From NCBI GenBank assembly GCA_046758365.1, contig JBHIAC010000019.1, positions 1-35,692 on the forward strand: DNA of 35,692 bases, given 5' to 3'. The position numbers and the translations under genes were made by a program. Positions 26,201 to 35,692 of the stretch are shown here, one piece after another (within the stretch, counting starts at the first letter, position 1; the number at the start of each line of letters is the position of its first letter). The notes under the pieces are model-generated. The model did not search any database. It was given only the letters and a program-made list of their open reading frames with translations, and was not told the origin of the DNA. The stretch is from a bacterium. GTDB lineage: Bacteria; Zhuqueibacterota; Zhuqueibacteria; Oceanimicrobiales; Oceanimicrobiaceae.

Positions 26201-29200
26201 CCCTTCTGTACTTGTGGTATCCTCAATAGGAATCCGATATAGAAACCAACCTCGATCTGGATTACCTCCAGCTATTAAAGAAGCATCGGGATGGTTTTTA
26301 TCCAAGGAAAAAGAATAATGGAAATAGGAATTGGTAAAATCAACAGAACCGTTTCTATTAATATCTTCTGTGTCAGGAATTCGCCCCCCTTCGTCATTCT
26401 GATTCTTTTCGGTACCCACTATCGAACCACTTTCTTGGATATAGGTAAAAGGATCGGATTCAGTGTAAAACCAGTCATCATAACTCCAAGGTTCATTTGC
26501 GCCTTTAGTACTGTCCCCATCAATGTCCCAGAAATCATACGGCACGTCTTCAATTTTATTTCCTTCAAAATTGTTTCTTGGAAAATTTAATACTGGTGGA
26601 TCTGGTTTAGCAAATCCGTCTAAACCCACATCTTCCTCGGCATCTAATATTCCATCTCGAATACCATTTACTTTTTTGTCTTCGGTGTTTAACTGATCAT
26701 CAGGAATCACATCTTCGGATATTAAACCTAGATCAATATTAAGTCTGCCCTGATTTCCCCGAACCATGATTTCAATAAACTTGGATTGCGTTTGATCGAA
26801 GAATCCTGGGGACAAGGCGCGCATAATGCCCCCCCAAGAATCTTTATCCTCAGGATATAACCGAAAAGTTAAAACATGAACCCGATTAGGCACATTGGGA
26901 TTAACCTCTCGTTCAGGATAAATTTCCTGAACGGCCACCTGCCCGAAAGGATTATACCAAATATAATTTACCATATTTCTATATGAATGGATACTATCTT
27001 TAGGAGCAGATGCCCGGGTCCAATTTTTTCGAATAATTCCTAAACTTACGGTTTTTTTTGAGCCCTCAAAATCATCTATATAGGCAACCCCACGACTATC
27101 TCCTGTGTTACGGTTATTTAAAGTATTAGGGGTCGGCAAAACTTGAGCCATCTCTCCTTCAAAGTTGAGAAAAGTTTCTCCTTTGGCTCGAATAAATGGT
27201 AGGGCATCCAAGACATTGCCAATAAAATTCGGTTTAAAATTAAGTCGGGTATTGATATCCCAAACCATATTCCTCATGGGGCCCCGACCCACTCTAACTT
27301 TTCGATCCAAAGTTGTTTCATTTAAATAAAGAATGGTACCGCCCAAGAAAGAGTTACCCCCTAAGTTATATTCGGCTCGGCTGCCTAGTATTGTTTTTTT
27401 CTCTAATTGAAAAAGTTGATTTCGTTCATACGTGATTTCTAAATTTGCCGATGGACTGAGGGCTCTTTCCTCTAATAAGGTTAAAGTTCCAGAAAAATAA
27501 TCTATGTTATAATCGACTCCCTTTTTTAACTCCTCTCCATCCAGAATTACTACCTCAGAACCTTCGATTACATTGAACCCTAAATTATAATTAGCGCTTC
27601 TATTTTTAGTTTTCACTTCAATGTAAAATTTGCTCTGAGCATTTATAGCACTTTGATCGGTGGTATCATAGATGACTTTAGTTCGCAACTCATTTGGTAA
27701 TAAGATATCCTGTTCTATATTATCCTTTACTATGCCTACTGGATTAAATGGCATTAAATCAGGGAAATATAACTCTCCCCTTGCAAGATTGATAATGTTA
27801 TTATCCATATCAATAACCCCGTCGGCTCCCAAGTTACCATTTTGATCTTTTTTATCCAATCCGAAAACTTCAAGCCAACGGCGTCCCTGGTTGTCAGTTT
27901 CCTGATCTGGTCCAGAGGGGGGGTTATATAGAATTTTAACTTCAAACCCTTCAGGATCGATATTGCGGGACCCAAATAAATAGACATGTTTCCAGGCCAG
28001 GTTCCAGGTTTTATGTGACGGAATCTGGTTTCTACTTTTAATTAATTTTAGAACCAAAGTATTAGAGTTTAAAATTCCAACCGTTTCATTTGCTGTTTTG
28101 TAAGCAACAGCAATAATTTCATCATTAGCAACTGGCGTGTTCATTCGAATGTAGCCTAATTCATTTTCGACATAGTATTGACTTTTCTCTAAGCGTATAA
28201 AAAAGCCAGCCTCTACTTCTCCAGCTTTCACAATGCCAGTATCTGGGTTTATGGGTGTAGGATTTAATACTGCCCAACCTCGAATGCTTTGATTTCCAAA
28301 CTTAGATTCGTAGTTAGGGCCTGCTACAAACACCTCGATAGAATCCTTCAAAATAGGACTTGCAAGAAAATGCGAAATATGATTACCATCAGAATCAAAA
28401 TATCTGTATTGATCGCGATACTTGGTATCAAGGAAAAAATAAGTATTTTTGAGGTACCGATAATCTGGAATTTTCTGAGAGCCCTCTGCGGCCCCACCTT
28501 TTAAAGTGAGTTTCTGACTCTCTCCTTTTTCCTGACTGGCTATGGTCGTTACATTCAAATTCCCTAATACCATTTGACTCTTAATGCCAAATAAACCGGA
28601 ATTTTTTCCACTAAATGTCACATATCTTGTGCCTGGTAAAGAAAGAGATATATTTCCTGCCTCAATTCTTTGGATAATTTCATCCTCATAACCTTGATAA
28701 TGGAGTCTCACATTGTTATCAAAATCAAAGGCTCGCTCACTGTCCTGATCTACATTCACCGTTACTTTATCTCCAATCTTACCTGTAACCGAGAATCTTT
28801 GGATTTGCTGCATTTTAAAGTTGGTGTTGGCACCTCGAGTAATAGCAGTTCTTACTTCACTTCGATCTTCCCGCCGGAAACCAGCTTGGATTCTTATATC
28901 ACCCGTTACGTTAAGTCCTACGGTAGAGCCACCAAATATCTTTTGAAACGCTTCACTTCTAATTTTAACCGGGATATCTAAGTTTATACCACCGGAACCT
29001 TTTTTGCTTTTATTATTCAGGTCAAATTGTCTAACTACATGTTCCTGCCAAGAATTTTTCATTTCTTGAAGCAGGAGTATTTTTCTGTATTGGTTAAAGG
29101 TAAGAACAGTAGGCTGACACACATCGCTCTCCAGCACCAACTCTCTTACAATTACAAAAGAGTCAGGAGATTCTATGTCGACTTTATGTTTAATATTATT

Positions 29201-29434
29201 GAATAAACTGGAAATTGTACCAGGAATATAACCATATAAACAAAATACGGCGGATTTTTTATTATTGAGCGAAAAGTTATATGGAGTACCATTTGATGTG
29301 ACTTTAAATCCGAAAGGCGTGGGAGGTATGGAACTTTCTGAACTAATCCCCCTTGGCATAAAATTTAAAAAAATCGAAGAGCCGATTAAAAAGATGAATA
29401 AGCTTTTTGGTGTGAATTTTTTATTAAAATTCAT
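23264..29434 (-). CDS. sprA: Cell surface protein SprA/Sov (type IX secretion translocon-like)
   Basis: 2056 aa; SprA-like motifs FDFDNNVRLHYQGYEDEIIQRIEAGNISLSLP, GLFGIK, YIDDFEGS, IDLGLISEDVIPD, PDTEDINRNG and IWFNELRLS; C-terminal beta-strands. Confidence 0.88.
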   Translation of the reverse strand: MNFNKKFTPKSLFIFLIGSSIFLNFMPRGISSESSIPPTPFGFKVTSNGTPYNFSLNNKKSAVFCLYGYIPGTISSLFNNIKHKVDIESPDSFVIVRELVLESDVCQPTVLTFNQYRKILLLQEMKNSWQEHVVRQFDLNNKSKKGSGGINLDIPVKIRSEAFQKIFGGSTVGLNVTGDIRIQAGFRREDRSEVRTAITRGANTNFKMQQIQRFSVTGKIGDKVTVNVDQDSERAFDFDNNVRLHYQGYEDEIIQRIEAGNISLSLPGTRYVTFSGKNSGLFGIKSQMVLGNLNVTTIASQEKGESQKLTLKGGAAEGSQKIPDYRYLKNTYFFLDTKYRDQYRYFDSDGNHISHFLASPILKDSIEVFVAGPNYESKFGNQSIRGWAVLNPTPINPDTGIVKAGEVEAGFFIRLEKSQYYVENELGYIRMNTPVANDEIIAVAYKTANETVGILNSNTLVLKLIKSRNQIPSHKTWNLAWKHVYLFGSRNIDPEGFEVKILYNPPSGPDQETDNQGRRWLEVFGLDKKDQNGNLGADGVIDMDNNIINLARGELYFPDLMPFNPVGIVKDNIEQDILLPNELRTKVIYDTTDQSAINAQSKFYIEVKTKNRSANYNLGFNVIEGSEVVILDGEELKKGVDYNIDYFSGTLTLLEERALSPSANLEITYERNQLFQLEKKTILGSRAEYNLGGNSFLGGTILYLNETTLDRKVRVGRGPMRNMVWDINTRLNFKPNFIGNVLDALPFIRAKGETFLNFEGEMAQVLPTPNTLNNRNTGDSRGVAYIDDFEGSKKTVSLGIIRKNWTRASAPKDSIHSYRNMVNYIWYNPFGQVAVQEIYPEREVNPNVPNRVHVLTFRLYPEDKDSWGGIMRALSPGFFDQTQSKFIEIMVRGNQGRLNIDLGLISEDVIPDDQLNTEDKKVNGIRDGILDAEEDVGLDGFAKPDPPVLNFPRNNFEGNKIEDVPYDFWDIDGDSTKGANEPWSYDDWFYTESDPFTYIQESGSIVGTEKNQNDEGGRIPDTEDINRNGSVDFTNSYFHYSFSLDKNHPDASLIAGGNPDRGWFLYRIPIEDTTSTEGTPSLTQIEFVRIWVDSVTTVTPGDPIEISIAEINLVGNDWKVLGTTRNDLELPTAFNDTTVAITVVNTHDNPDYGRTLQKIGVEGEEDRITGVRAREQSLVLKAANLESGVSGIVQKSLFQGENYIRYDRIKMFVHGDTNSTLIGDKTSDIEFFFRFGADKNNYYEYRGRVYKSWNEKNHINVLLQEFTTIKDKVKPDSITGVYTYQLPEDTTKSLRVKGSPSLTNVKTLILGISNLNPNGEAFTGAIWFNELRLSDVQQDKGIAMRFKANMKIADFANINGEIERTTADFHNVATRFGTGNNRLSGILNANINLDKILPQSWGVSMPLSLNFRQSSSTPKYLPGRDREVTNDITKVDSILKTIRTLNRQNGFNISFRRQSRSKNFLIKNTIDRISFNMGRSQSHAENPTINFSDTRTWSGNINYSIDFGRNNYISLLGWLPNLPLISKLKGTKFYYTPQNIAFKVNGTKNDQRSQNRLQNSNPNEVPISKTETFNLDRSVRSSMKVFENLTVDFNRLHTADMKDSDFSDFFKGKYQDIRITQSFSAKYTPRLFNWLNNNFGYSTNYSFNNNIQQRTTGRSARINTNKSAQFTLRLQQFAKSLFGSGKQSRDNRGRRPRPGERSRPEGLKPDSDNKNLLIFQEKNKEGKSLNPFKAIGNFLSKFKDITFNYSERKNITHLGLEEGKKPSLAFQFGFSDTTNVATVENLSTNNITFSNNTTYSLNSGIAFGRSFDVGLRFQHSDQRNESTAISGSSSESWLKMGKFDMPFPEWTVRITGLEKLPLFSKLFNNVSFSHNFSGQRDITWSGTSENKTQENISTNFRPLGKIDLNFKNAFTGNIQINRSRTLSRSLAGGIGARRSTNTDITITANYSKQTGFRLPIWPFNKATLNNRIDFTFSFTANTVVTEQRIGQDDGASQFDEQDRTERWSFRPSLTYSFSNQVRGGAFLEIGRNKSKRLGTTSIQEFGLDINIAIRGR

Positions 29435-29764
29435 TTCCCGTCAGAGACAGTGCTTATAATCAAGTAAAATCAAGTAGTAATAAAGCTAATAATCTGTAAT
29501 TTCTAAAAATAATTTAATTTTAGAACCTATAACAACTACTCGATACTGCCTCCTGGGAAATATTTATTGAATTACAAAACGATTTGATTTTATATGAGTT
29601 GTAATTATTAGGTGATTTTAAATTAAACAATATTAATAAAAATAGCAAGCAAAAATTCACGAATTTTAAGTTAATTCAATTTTAGCCGTATAGTCATTTA
29701 TGCGTAAAAAAATTTCAACTCCTTATCACTCATAAAGTTTCTAATACTCTAAAATAAAAACCAC

Positions 29765-29793
29765 TTGATAAAATAACGAACAATACTTATATT
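29765..29793 (+). promoter_or_regulatory. Putative sigma70 promoter for lptFG
   Basis: TTGATA-17 nt-TATATT, ending 34 nt before the ATG at 29828. Confidence 0.4.
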
Positions 29794-29827
29794 TTTTTAT
29801 TACACCATAGTCAAAAATTAAAGCAAG

Positions 29828-31192
29828 ATGACTCCTATATTATCGAGATATATAGTTCGTGAGCATTTAGGCCCTTTCCTATTTGGATTTTTGGTAATCA
29901 ATTTTTTATTTATTTTAAATTTACTTTTTAGAGAGCTCGGGAAATTATTAAGTAAAGGACTTGCGCTAAATGTAATACTTGAATTTTTATTTTTAAATCT
30001 AGCCTGGATGATTGCCCTATCCGTTCCCATGGCCGTTCTTTCTTCCACCTTGATGGCCTTTGGTCGCCTGTCTGCTGACAATGAAATCACAGCCATTAAA
30101 GCCAGTGGGATCAGTTTATATCAGTTCCTTCCACCTGTTTTAATTGTATCGGCACTTATGGCTTGCGCCTTAATTTGGTTTAACAACCATGTTTTGCCAG
30201 ATTTCAATCACCGCGCCCGACTCTTAGCCATGGATATTGCAAGAAAAAAACCGATGATTAATCTTGAATCTGGAGTGGTTTATACAGAAATTCCTGATTA
30301 TAACCTTTTAGTTCAAAAAATTAAAGAGAAAGATTCTATCTCTTATGTTGAAAATATTATTATAGATGAACAGACGAACCCTACTGTTATACAAACAATT
30401 ATTGCTGATTCGGGCGAGATATATCTCAACCAAGTCACGGGTTTACTTGAAATTACTCTTTTCGATGGGGAACTCCAGGAAGTTAATACTCAAAGGCCAG
30501 AGACTTTTAAAAAATTGCAGTTTCCTAAACACATGTTAAAAATCCCAGTGTCTGATATGATTTTGAAAAGAAGCCTTTCTGGTTACCGAGGCGATAGAGA
30601 GAAAAGTGCAGCCCAGTTGCTTGAAGACGTCCAGTTAAACCGTACAAGAATTTCAGAAAGAGAAAAAAAAATAAATGAGAGGATAAGAAAACATTTATCA
30701 ACATACATAAAAGCAAAGTCTGAAAAGCCAAAATTGTTTAAAACAATCCTCGCGGAGCACCAACAACTTCGCAGACAAATTCAGACAGAATTAAATATGA
30801 TTAAAGGCTATAAAAAATCCAGCAATATCTACCTGGTGGAAGTTCACAAAAAATATTCTATTCCTGCTGCCAGTGTTGTATTTGTTCTTATCGGAGCTCC
30901 TTTGGGAATTATGGTTCGTCAGCGCGGTTTGGCCGCAGGCGCATTAAGCTTTTTCTTTTTTGTTCTTTATTGGGCTGGCCTTATAGGAGGAGAAACCCTG
31001 GCGGACAGACAAATTATTTCCCCCTTTTTGGCCATGTGGAGCCCAAACATTTTGGTTGGTATTGGCGGGATTTATTTGGTCCTATGCTCAATTCGTGTAA
31101 CAACAACAATGCGCTGGGGAGCATTAATTAAATTTTTAACTAAGTTAGAAGCATTGTTTGAGTTTCTTACTAAATGGGGAAAAAATCGATAA
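29828..31192 (+). CDS. lptF: LPS export ABC transporter permease LptF
   Basis: ILSRYIVRE, PMAVL...FGRLSADNEITAIKASGIS, EVHKKYSIP..IGAPLG and AMWSPN. Confidence 0.88.
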   Translation: MTPILSRYIVREHLGPFLFGFLVINFLFILNLLFRELGKLLSKGLALNVILEFLFLNLAWMIALSVPMAVLSSTLMAFGRLSADNEITAIKASGISLYQFLPPVLIVSALMACALIWFNNHVLPDFNHRARLLAMDIARKKPMINLESGVVYTEIPDYNLLVQKIKEKDSISYVENIIIDEQTNPTVIQTIIADSGEIYLNQVTGLLEITLFDGELQEVNTQRPETFKKLQFPKHMLKIPVSDMILKRSLSGYRGDREKSAAQLLEDVQLNRTRISEREKKINERIRKHLSTYIKAKSEKPKLFKTILAEHQQLRRQIQTELNMIKGYKKSSNIYLVEVHKKYSIPAASVVFVLIGAPLGIMVRQRGLAAGALSFFFFVLYWAGLIGGETLADRQIISPFLAMWSPNILVGIGGIYLVLCSIRVTTTMRWGALIKFLTKLEALFEFLTKWGKNR

Positions 31193-31214
31193 TTGCGTAT
31201 TGGAAGTAGATGCC

Positions 31215-32291
31215 ATGCGAATTTTAGATTTATATATTTTACGACGTTTTGTGATGACATTACTATATGCATTGCTTGTCTTCATATTGATTGTGATTTT
31301 TATAGACATGGTTGGCAACCTGGGTAAATTTCTCGATAAAAATGTACCGAATTTAATCATTATCCAATATTATCTATTTTATATTCCATACCTATTTATT
31401 TTGGTTTTACCCGTGGCAATGCTGTTAGCCAGTTTGTTTGGTATAGGGCAATTAGCTCGCTATAACGAACTCATTGCCATAAAATCTGAGGGAATTTCTT
31501 TAAATAGAATATTGTTACCTCTGCTATTTTTTAGCGTTTTGGTGAGCCTGGTGGCTTTAATATTTGCAGAAATAGTTGTTCCTCCAGCCAATCATGGGAA
31601 ATCAAGAATTAAAAATGAATATCTTGAATCGATTAACAGACCAATTAAAACCAGGATTACGAACATTTTCTTGCGTGATAAATTGGATCGTCGAATTTTC
31701 ATTGGTTATTATGATAGTCGTGATAAAACAGCACACAAAGTTAGTATTCAAAAATATATAGAAAACAAAATTGTAGAAAGATTAGATGCCCCTCAGATGA
31801 AATGGCAAGATAGTACCTGGGTTTTACTCAGCGGTTATAAACGCTTTTTTTCTGGCAAAAATGAAGAGGCTGTACCTTTTGATACACTTCAGGACAATGA
31901 CATTGACTTTAAGCCCGAGCAGTTGGCCCAGACTCAGAAAGAACCGGAAGACATGTCTTATAAGGAGTTGAATTATTTTATCCTAGAAGTAAAAAGAAAT
32001 GGTGGCAATATTGATCGTTGGATGGTAGACTTATATTTGAAAATTTCTTTCCCTTTTGCCAATTTTGTCATGGTGCTGTTTGGTGCCCCTTTGGCTTCAA
32101 ATAAAAAAAGAAGCGGTGCTATTGTTGGCTTTATAATTAGTTTAATGATCTGCTTCATTTATTTTGGATTTATTAAATTTGTACAAACATTAGGGCATAA
32201 TGGCGCGCTTTCACCGCTCCTATCAGCTTGGTTGCCAAATGGGATTTTCTTTGTTTCCGGAATTATCCTCTTATTTAAGACAAAAACTTAG
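31215..32291 (+). CDS. lptG: LPS export ABC transporter permease LptG
   Basis: MRILDLYILRRF (ATG 31215; ORF track opens at 31158), NELIAIKSEGIS, PEDMSYKEL, KISFPFA and SAWLPN. Confidence 0.88.
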   Translation: MRILDLYILRRFVMTLLYALLVFILIVIFIDMVGNLGKFLDKNVPNLIIIQYYLFYIPYLFILVLPVAMLLASLFGIGQLARYNELIAIKSEGISLNRILLPLLFFSVLVSLVALIFAEIVVPPANHGKSRIKNEYLESINRPIKTRITNIFLRDKLDRRIFIGYYDSRDKTAHKVSIQKYIENKIVERLDAPQMKWQDSTWVLLSGYKRFFSGKNEEAVPFDTLQDNDIDFKPEQLAQTQKEPEDMSYKELNYFILEVKRNGGNIDRWMVDLYLKISFPFANFVMVLFGAPLASNKKRSGAIVGFIISLMICFIYFGFIKFVQTLGHNGALSPLLSAWLPNGIFFVSGIILLFKTKT

Positions 32292-32431
32292 CGCGTCTAA
32301 GCCGCAAGTAGAATCAACTTGAATTTAGGTTCGATTCAATAGAGGAGAAACGGATTGTTCTATTGTTTTATTGTTTCAATGTTCTACCGCTGGCCCTGAT
32401 TAACAATTCAACAATAGAACAATGAAACAAT
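32286..32431. repeat. 25-bp hairpin repeat followed by mirrored 8-nt-period ATTGTT/AACAAT repeats
   Basis: ACTTAGCGCGTCTAAGCCGCAAGTA (32286-32310); ATTGTTCTATTGTT (32354-32367) is the exact reverse complement of AACAATAGAACAAT (32410-32423). Confidence 0.65.
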
Positions 32432-32505
32432 CCCCATTTATTATTCCGGGATACATAAAATTTCTTTGCAAAAAAAACAAAGATTTTATTGGTAATACTA
32501 CCGTT

Positions 32506-33780
32506 TTAAAATCTAAACATCCATGCAAATGCGACTCCCAGGCCTCGACCAGAAAACAACCCGCCTTGATTGGAAACAGCAAAGTCCCAGGAGAAAATCG
32601 AGAAATCGAGAGCAAATCCCGCGGATGAAGAAAATCCTCTTTTACCCCCGATAGAGAATCCAGCACGCATTGGAAAGAAATGTATCAATCGGAGTTCTGT
32701 ACCGAGAGCAATTTTGGGTGTAGTTGAAACACCAGCTCTTTTTTTTAAGCCTTGCACAATATCCACCGCTAATAATAATCTTTTTGTTGTTCGTGCAATG
32801 CCTAAGCGCAGTTCAGAGGGGAGGGTTGTATTAAAAGATTCAATGTCTGTGGTTTGTTTAGAATCAGAAAATACTGAATCTATATCAGTATCTTCAATCT
32901 TTTCAATAGATAAAGAATCTGCGGTAAAAGCATAAGTAAAGCGTTTAGTTTCATAGCCCCAATTTATAAAATTAAATAAATTTGTCACGCTAAGACTCAT
33001 TGACCACTTTTTATTTAGTGATGCGGCTGTACCAAAATCAAAGGCCAAACCACTGCCACCCAGGGCGCGATCAATAACCACTCTTCCAGTACCATGAATT
33101 CCATCTACCTCGGTCATGATCGTACTGGAGGCCTCTTTAACTTTACCATAAGCAAACCCTTTTAAATATTTAAAGGAAGCTCCAAGTGTGAATTCATGAA
33201 AGGCGGGTATAGAAATTGGAAAGGCCGCTGACAATCCAAAACTGGAAATACCCCACCCTTCACCGCCGGTAGCCCCTATATTATAGGTTCGATTGAACTC
33301 ATTACCATTTAAAACCAAATCAACAATATCTTTTGAAAGAGTAAAATCCGAAGCTGCTAAACCTGTTGCTGTAAAGGCAAAAGAACCAAGAGAAATACTC
33401 ATAGCTTGCACTTCTGTGTCAAAATCAACCCGTAGACCTTGGGAAGGGATACTTGTTAAAATATTTTGTTTATCTTCAGGGGTTAGAAAACGACCGTTAT
33501 AAAGATTGTATTGTTTTTTACTAAAACTATTGTTGTGGAAGCCTACACCTACAGAGATCAAGTTAAAGTGGTATATATTTTCACCTGATAATGCAAGATT
33601 TGCAGGATTCCAGGCAGGCGCTTCCACACCCCGTGCTAATGCCGTATAGGCGCCGCCCATGGCTACACTTCGTGCATTTGAAATTCCTGATTGTGCAAAG
33701 AGTAAAGTACTTTTTGCAAAAACAGCGAAAACCGAAAGTGTAGTTAAAATCACTCGATATTTCGTAAATCGATTTTTCAT
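32506..33780 (-). CDS. Outer-membrane beta-barrel protein (DUF5723 / FadL-PorV-like)
   Basis: Signal peptide; NARSVAMGGAYTALARG..A..WNPANLA N-terminal motif; GSGLAFDFG; C-terminal aromatic beta-signal (AWMFRF). Confidence 0.75.
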   Translation of the reverse strand: MKNRFTKYRVILTTLSVFAVFAKSTLLFAQSGISNARSVAMGGAYTALARGVEAPAWNPANLALSGENIYHFNLISVGVGFHNNSFSKKQYNLYNGRFLTPEDKQNILTSIPSQGLRVDFDTEVQAMSISLGSFAFTATGLAASDFTLSKDIVDLVLNGNEFNRTYNIGATGGEGWGISSFGLSAAFPISIPAFHEFTLGASFKYLKGFAYGKVKEASSTIMTEVDGIHGTGRVVIDRALGGSGLAFDFGTAASLNKKWSMSLSVTNLFNFINWGYETKRFTYAFTADSLSIEKIEDTDIDSVFSDSKQTTDIESFNTTLPSELRLGIARTTKRLLLAVDIVQGLKKRAGVSTTPKIALGTELRLIHFFPMRAGFSIGGKRGFSSSAGFALDFSIFSWDFAVSNQGGLFSGRGLGVAFAWMFRF

Positions 33781-33799
33781 GGCTGGGATTTTCCTTCTC

Positions 33800-35692
33800 T
33801 CAATCTTGATTAATTTTTAATTTTATTTTACCATAAGATTTTATCTCAAGGTAATCCGATCCTCGAACTCTTATCAATTCATCATTCGTTCCATCCACCA
33901 TAATGCGGAGACCAGCGTAAAGAGGAGACTTCAAAAAAGTGCGCATTTCGTCTTCCGTTAAAGCGAGGTTTATTTCTGAGACAAGTGCCTTTTTTACAAA
34001 ACCTGAAGAGTCGATAAATGCGGCATCTACCTCAATAGGCCCTATTTGTAGAATAGGATTTTGGAAAGTGGTAGAATCGTCTTGAGAAAAAATAAATTCA
34101 ACAGCAGCGCCCAAAGGAAGATGGTTTTTAATTTCTGCCGAGAAGCTGCCCGAAGACAAATTATCTTCGATGTCCTTTCTTGTATCTTCACTAATATCTA
34201 ATTTGTTTGCATCTGATTCTATGGTTTGGGGAGGCAGCTTCAAGGCCAGCGGAGCCCGGAGTTTAATAGTACCATTTACATAATCGTTATTCGAGACAGT
34301 GCCGATCCAGGATGGATTGCCAAGTTTGACTTGACCAAAAACGCGGATTAATGAAGGAAGTATGCTAATAAATTGTCTTATATTGCTGTTTTGCTGATCC
34401 AAAACAATGACTGAAGTGACTGGAATGCCGGGCTGAAGGGCGGGCTGGATATTTCCTTGTACATTTAGCTCTTCAACTGCGCCCGATTCATTTTGACCTT
34501 CAATCATAAAATCTGTTTTTGCAGGAAAATTTATGCCATTGTGAACAAAAAGTTCCATGCGGGCTGTTTCAAAGAATATACTATCCAAATCCGCTGGAAT
34601 ATCAAATTCAATTTCATTTTGATCAATTTCAATCTTCTTCTCCCCCACCTTGCCGGATATTTGGGAAAAAATAATTTCAGATATATGAATATAAGCCGTC
34701 ATAAAATCACTGCTTTTAACTAAGACCATCTCCGTTCCGGTATCCACAGTTTTAACGGTCCACTGAAACCGCACTTTTTGTTGTCCAAAATTTGCTAATT
34801 GAGGCCGCAGTACATAATTTCTCAAATTAATTTGAAATTCCTGAGAGAACCCTTTTTGAATAAAAACAGAATCTATCAACATAGAATCCGTAGATGAGAT
34901 AAAATCTGGAAGCTCATAAATTATCCAGGCATCCAGGGGAATATTCCCCTCTAAGGACAATTGAATTGCACCTTCTGCTATCACGGCTTCAGTGATTACT
35001 AGTGAATCAGTTATTGCAAGTTCTTCTTGTCTCGATACCATTTGAGTCGGAACTTGTGCTGACGCTTCTGTTACCAGAAGGTCGCTTATTTCAGCTTCAA
35101 CGGCAAAACTGCTGGTGGCATCTATGAGAACTGGATTGCCCTCACTGCCGGGAGAAGCTCCGGTTAATTTAATGGAAAGAGCATTTGGAATGCTCTTACC
35201 AGATAAATTAATTGAAAAATAGGCTGAATCACCGGGTAAAATTTTAACAGAATCCGTAGTGGTAAGAATTAAAGCATTGGTATTTGTATCCCAAATTTCC
35301 AAAGTAAGGGGACTACCTAATGGAATAAGCAAATTATTAACTACCTGTAATGTAATATTTCCGGTCTCAATTATAACATAATCAAAATTATCATAAGAAT
35401 CCAAAGGTTTACTTTCTGTTGAAAAACTAAATGGAGGTACCACAACCATAGTACCATTCAAAGATTCAGCTTCATCAAAGATTTCCCTCAATTCAATTGA
35501 AGTTGATTCTGTTCCAGGAGAAGATACTGAAAAGGAACCTATATCTGAATTAAAATTTTCTTGTAAAGGGTCTAGATTTAACTGATCCCCAACATAGAAG
35601 GTATCCAAGTTGGATTCAATTTCTAAGGTGAGCAAGCCGGTACTGTCTACACTCAATATGGATTCATCTTCAGCAATTTCGGTCATGGTATA
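33800..35692 (-). CDS. Hypothetical acidic beta-rich repeat protein, 5'-truncated by the window edge
   Basis: The frame is open to the window end (..YTMTEIAE). Four similar segments: GNITLQVVNNLLIP, GAIQLSLEGNIP, ARMELFVHNGINFP and GSFSAEIKNHLP. Confidence 0.75.
   Translation of the reverse strand, partial: YTMTEIAEDESILSVDSTGLLTLEIESNLDTFYVGDQLNLDPLQENFNSDIGSFSVSSPGTESTSIELREIFDEAESLNGTMVVVPPFSFSTESKPLDSYDNFDYVIIETGNITLQVVNNLLIPLGSPLTLEIWDTNTNALILTTTDSVKILPGDSAYFSINLSGKSIPNALSIKLTGASPGSEGNPVLIDATSSFAVEAEISDLLVTEASAQVPTQMVSRQEELAITDSLVITEAVIAEGAIQLSLEGNIPLDAWIIYELPDFISSTDSMLIDSVFIQKGFSQEFQINLRNYVLRPQLANFGQQKVRFQWTVKTVDTGTEMVLVKSSDFMTAYIHISEIIFSQISGKVGEKKIEIDQNEIEFDIPADLDSIFFETARMELFVHNGINFPAKTDFMIEGQNESGAVEELNVQGNIQPALQPGIPVTSVIVLDQQNSNIRQFISILPSLIRVFGQVKLGNPSWIGTVSNNDYVNGTIKLRAPLALKLPPQTIESDANKLDISEDTRKDIEDNLSSGSFSAEIKNHLPLGAAVEFIFSQDDSTTFQNPILQIGPIEVDAAFIDSSGFVKKALVSEINLALTEDEMRTFLKSPLYAGLRIMVDGTNDELIRVRGSDYLEIKSYGKIKLKINQD

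Noticed and set aside
25038..29459. Short ORFs inside sprA
   Set aside because: Antisense or alternate-frame shadows of a long conserved gene.
1..35692. tRNA, rRNA, CRISPR array or transposase genes
   Set aside because: No cloverleaf, rRNA-like tract, regularly spaced direct repeats or transposase ORF was recognised by eye.

Overview
AT-rich bacterial window, most likely from an FCB-superphylum lineage (KSB1/Calditrichota-like is an inference from sprA, the lptF/lptG layout and AGGAG ribosome-binding sites). The right half (~19-35.7 kb) is envelope and housekeeping: VanZ-like, nnr (YjeF), acpS, an ECF sigma, an M28 peptidase, sprA, lptF, lptG, a DUF5723-like beta-barrel and a truncated repeat protein. 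The left half is accessory. Its centre is a co-directional 7-gene locus (4274-12338): a divergent ECF sigma factor, two proteins with tandem HxxxCxxC (ZAS/zf-HC2) motifs (one soluble, one TM+TPR), a holin-like membrane domain fused to an M64-like HEXXH metalloprotease, a polyproline single-pass membrane protein, a 994-aa TPR-CHAT caspase-like protease with an intact His/Cys dyad, and a second stand-alone holin-like protein with a polyproline N-terminal tail. No CRISPR array or cas gene is present in the window, so this is a candidate CRISPR-independent proteolytic signalling or cell-death system. A hydrolase patch follows (CPBP protease, a GC-rich amidase, DUF362, M19 dipeptidase). Intergenic regions hold several REP/MITE-like palindromic repeat families. 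Two genes appear to lack an ATG at their likely start. All family calls come from motif recognition by eye, not from database searches.
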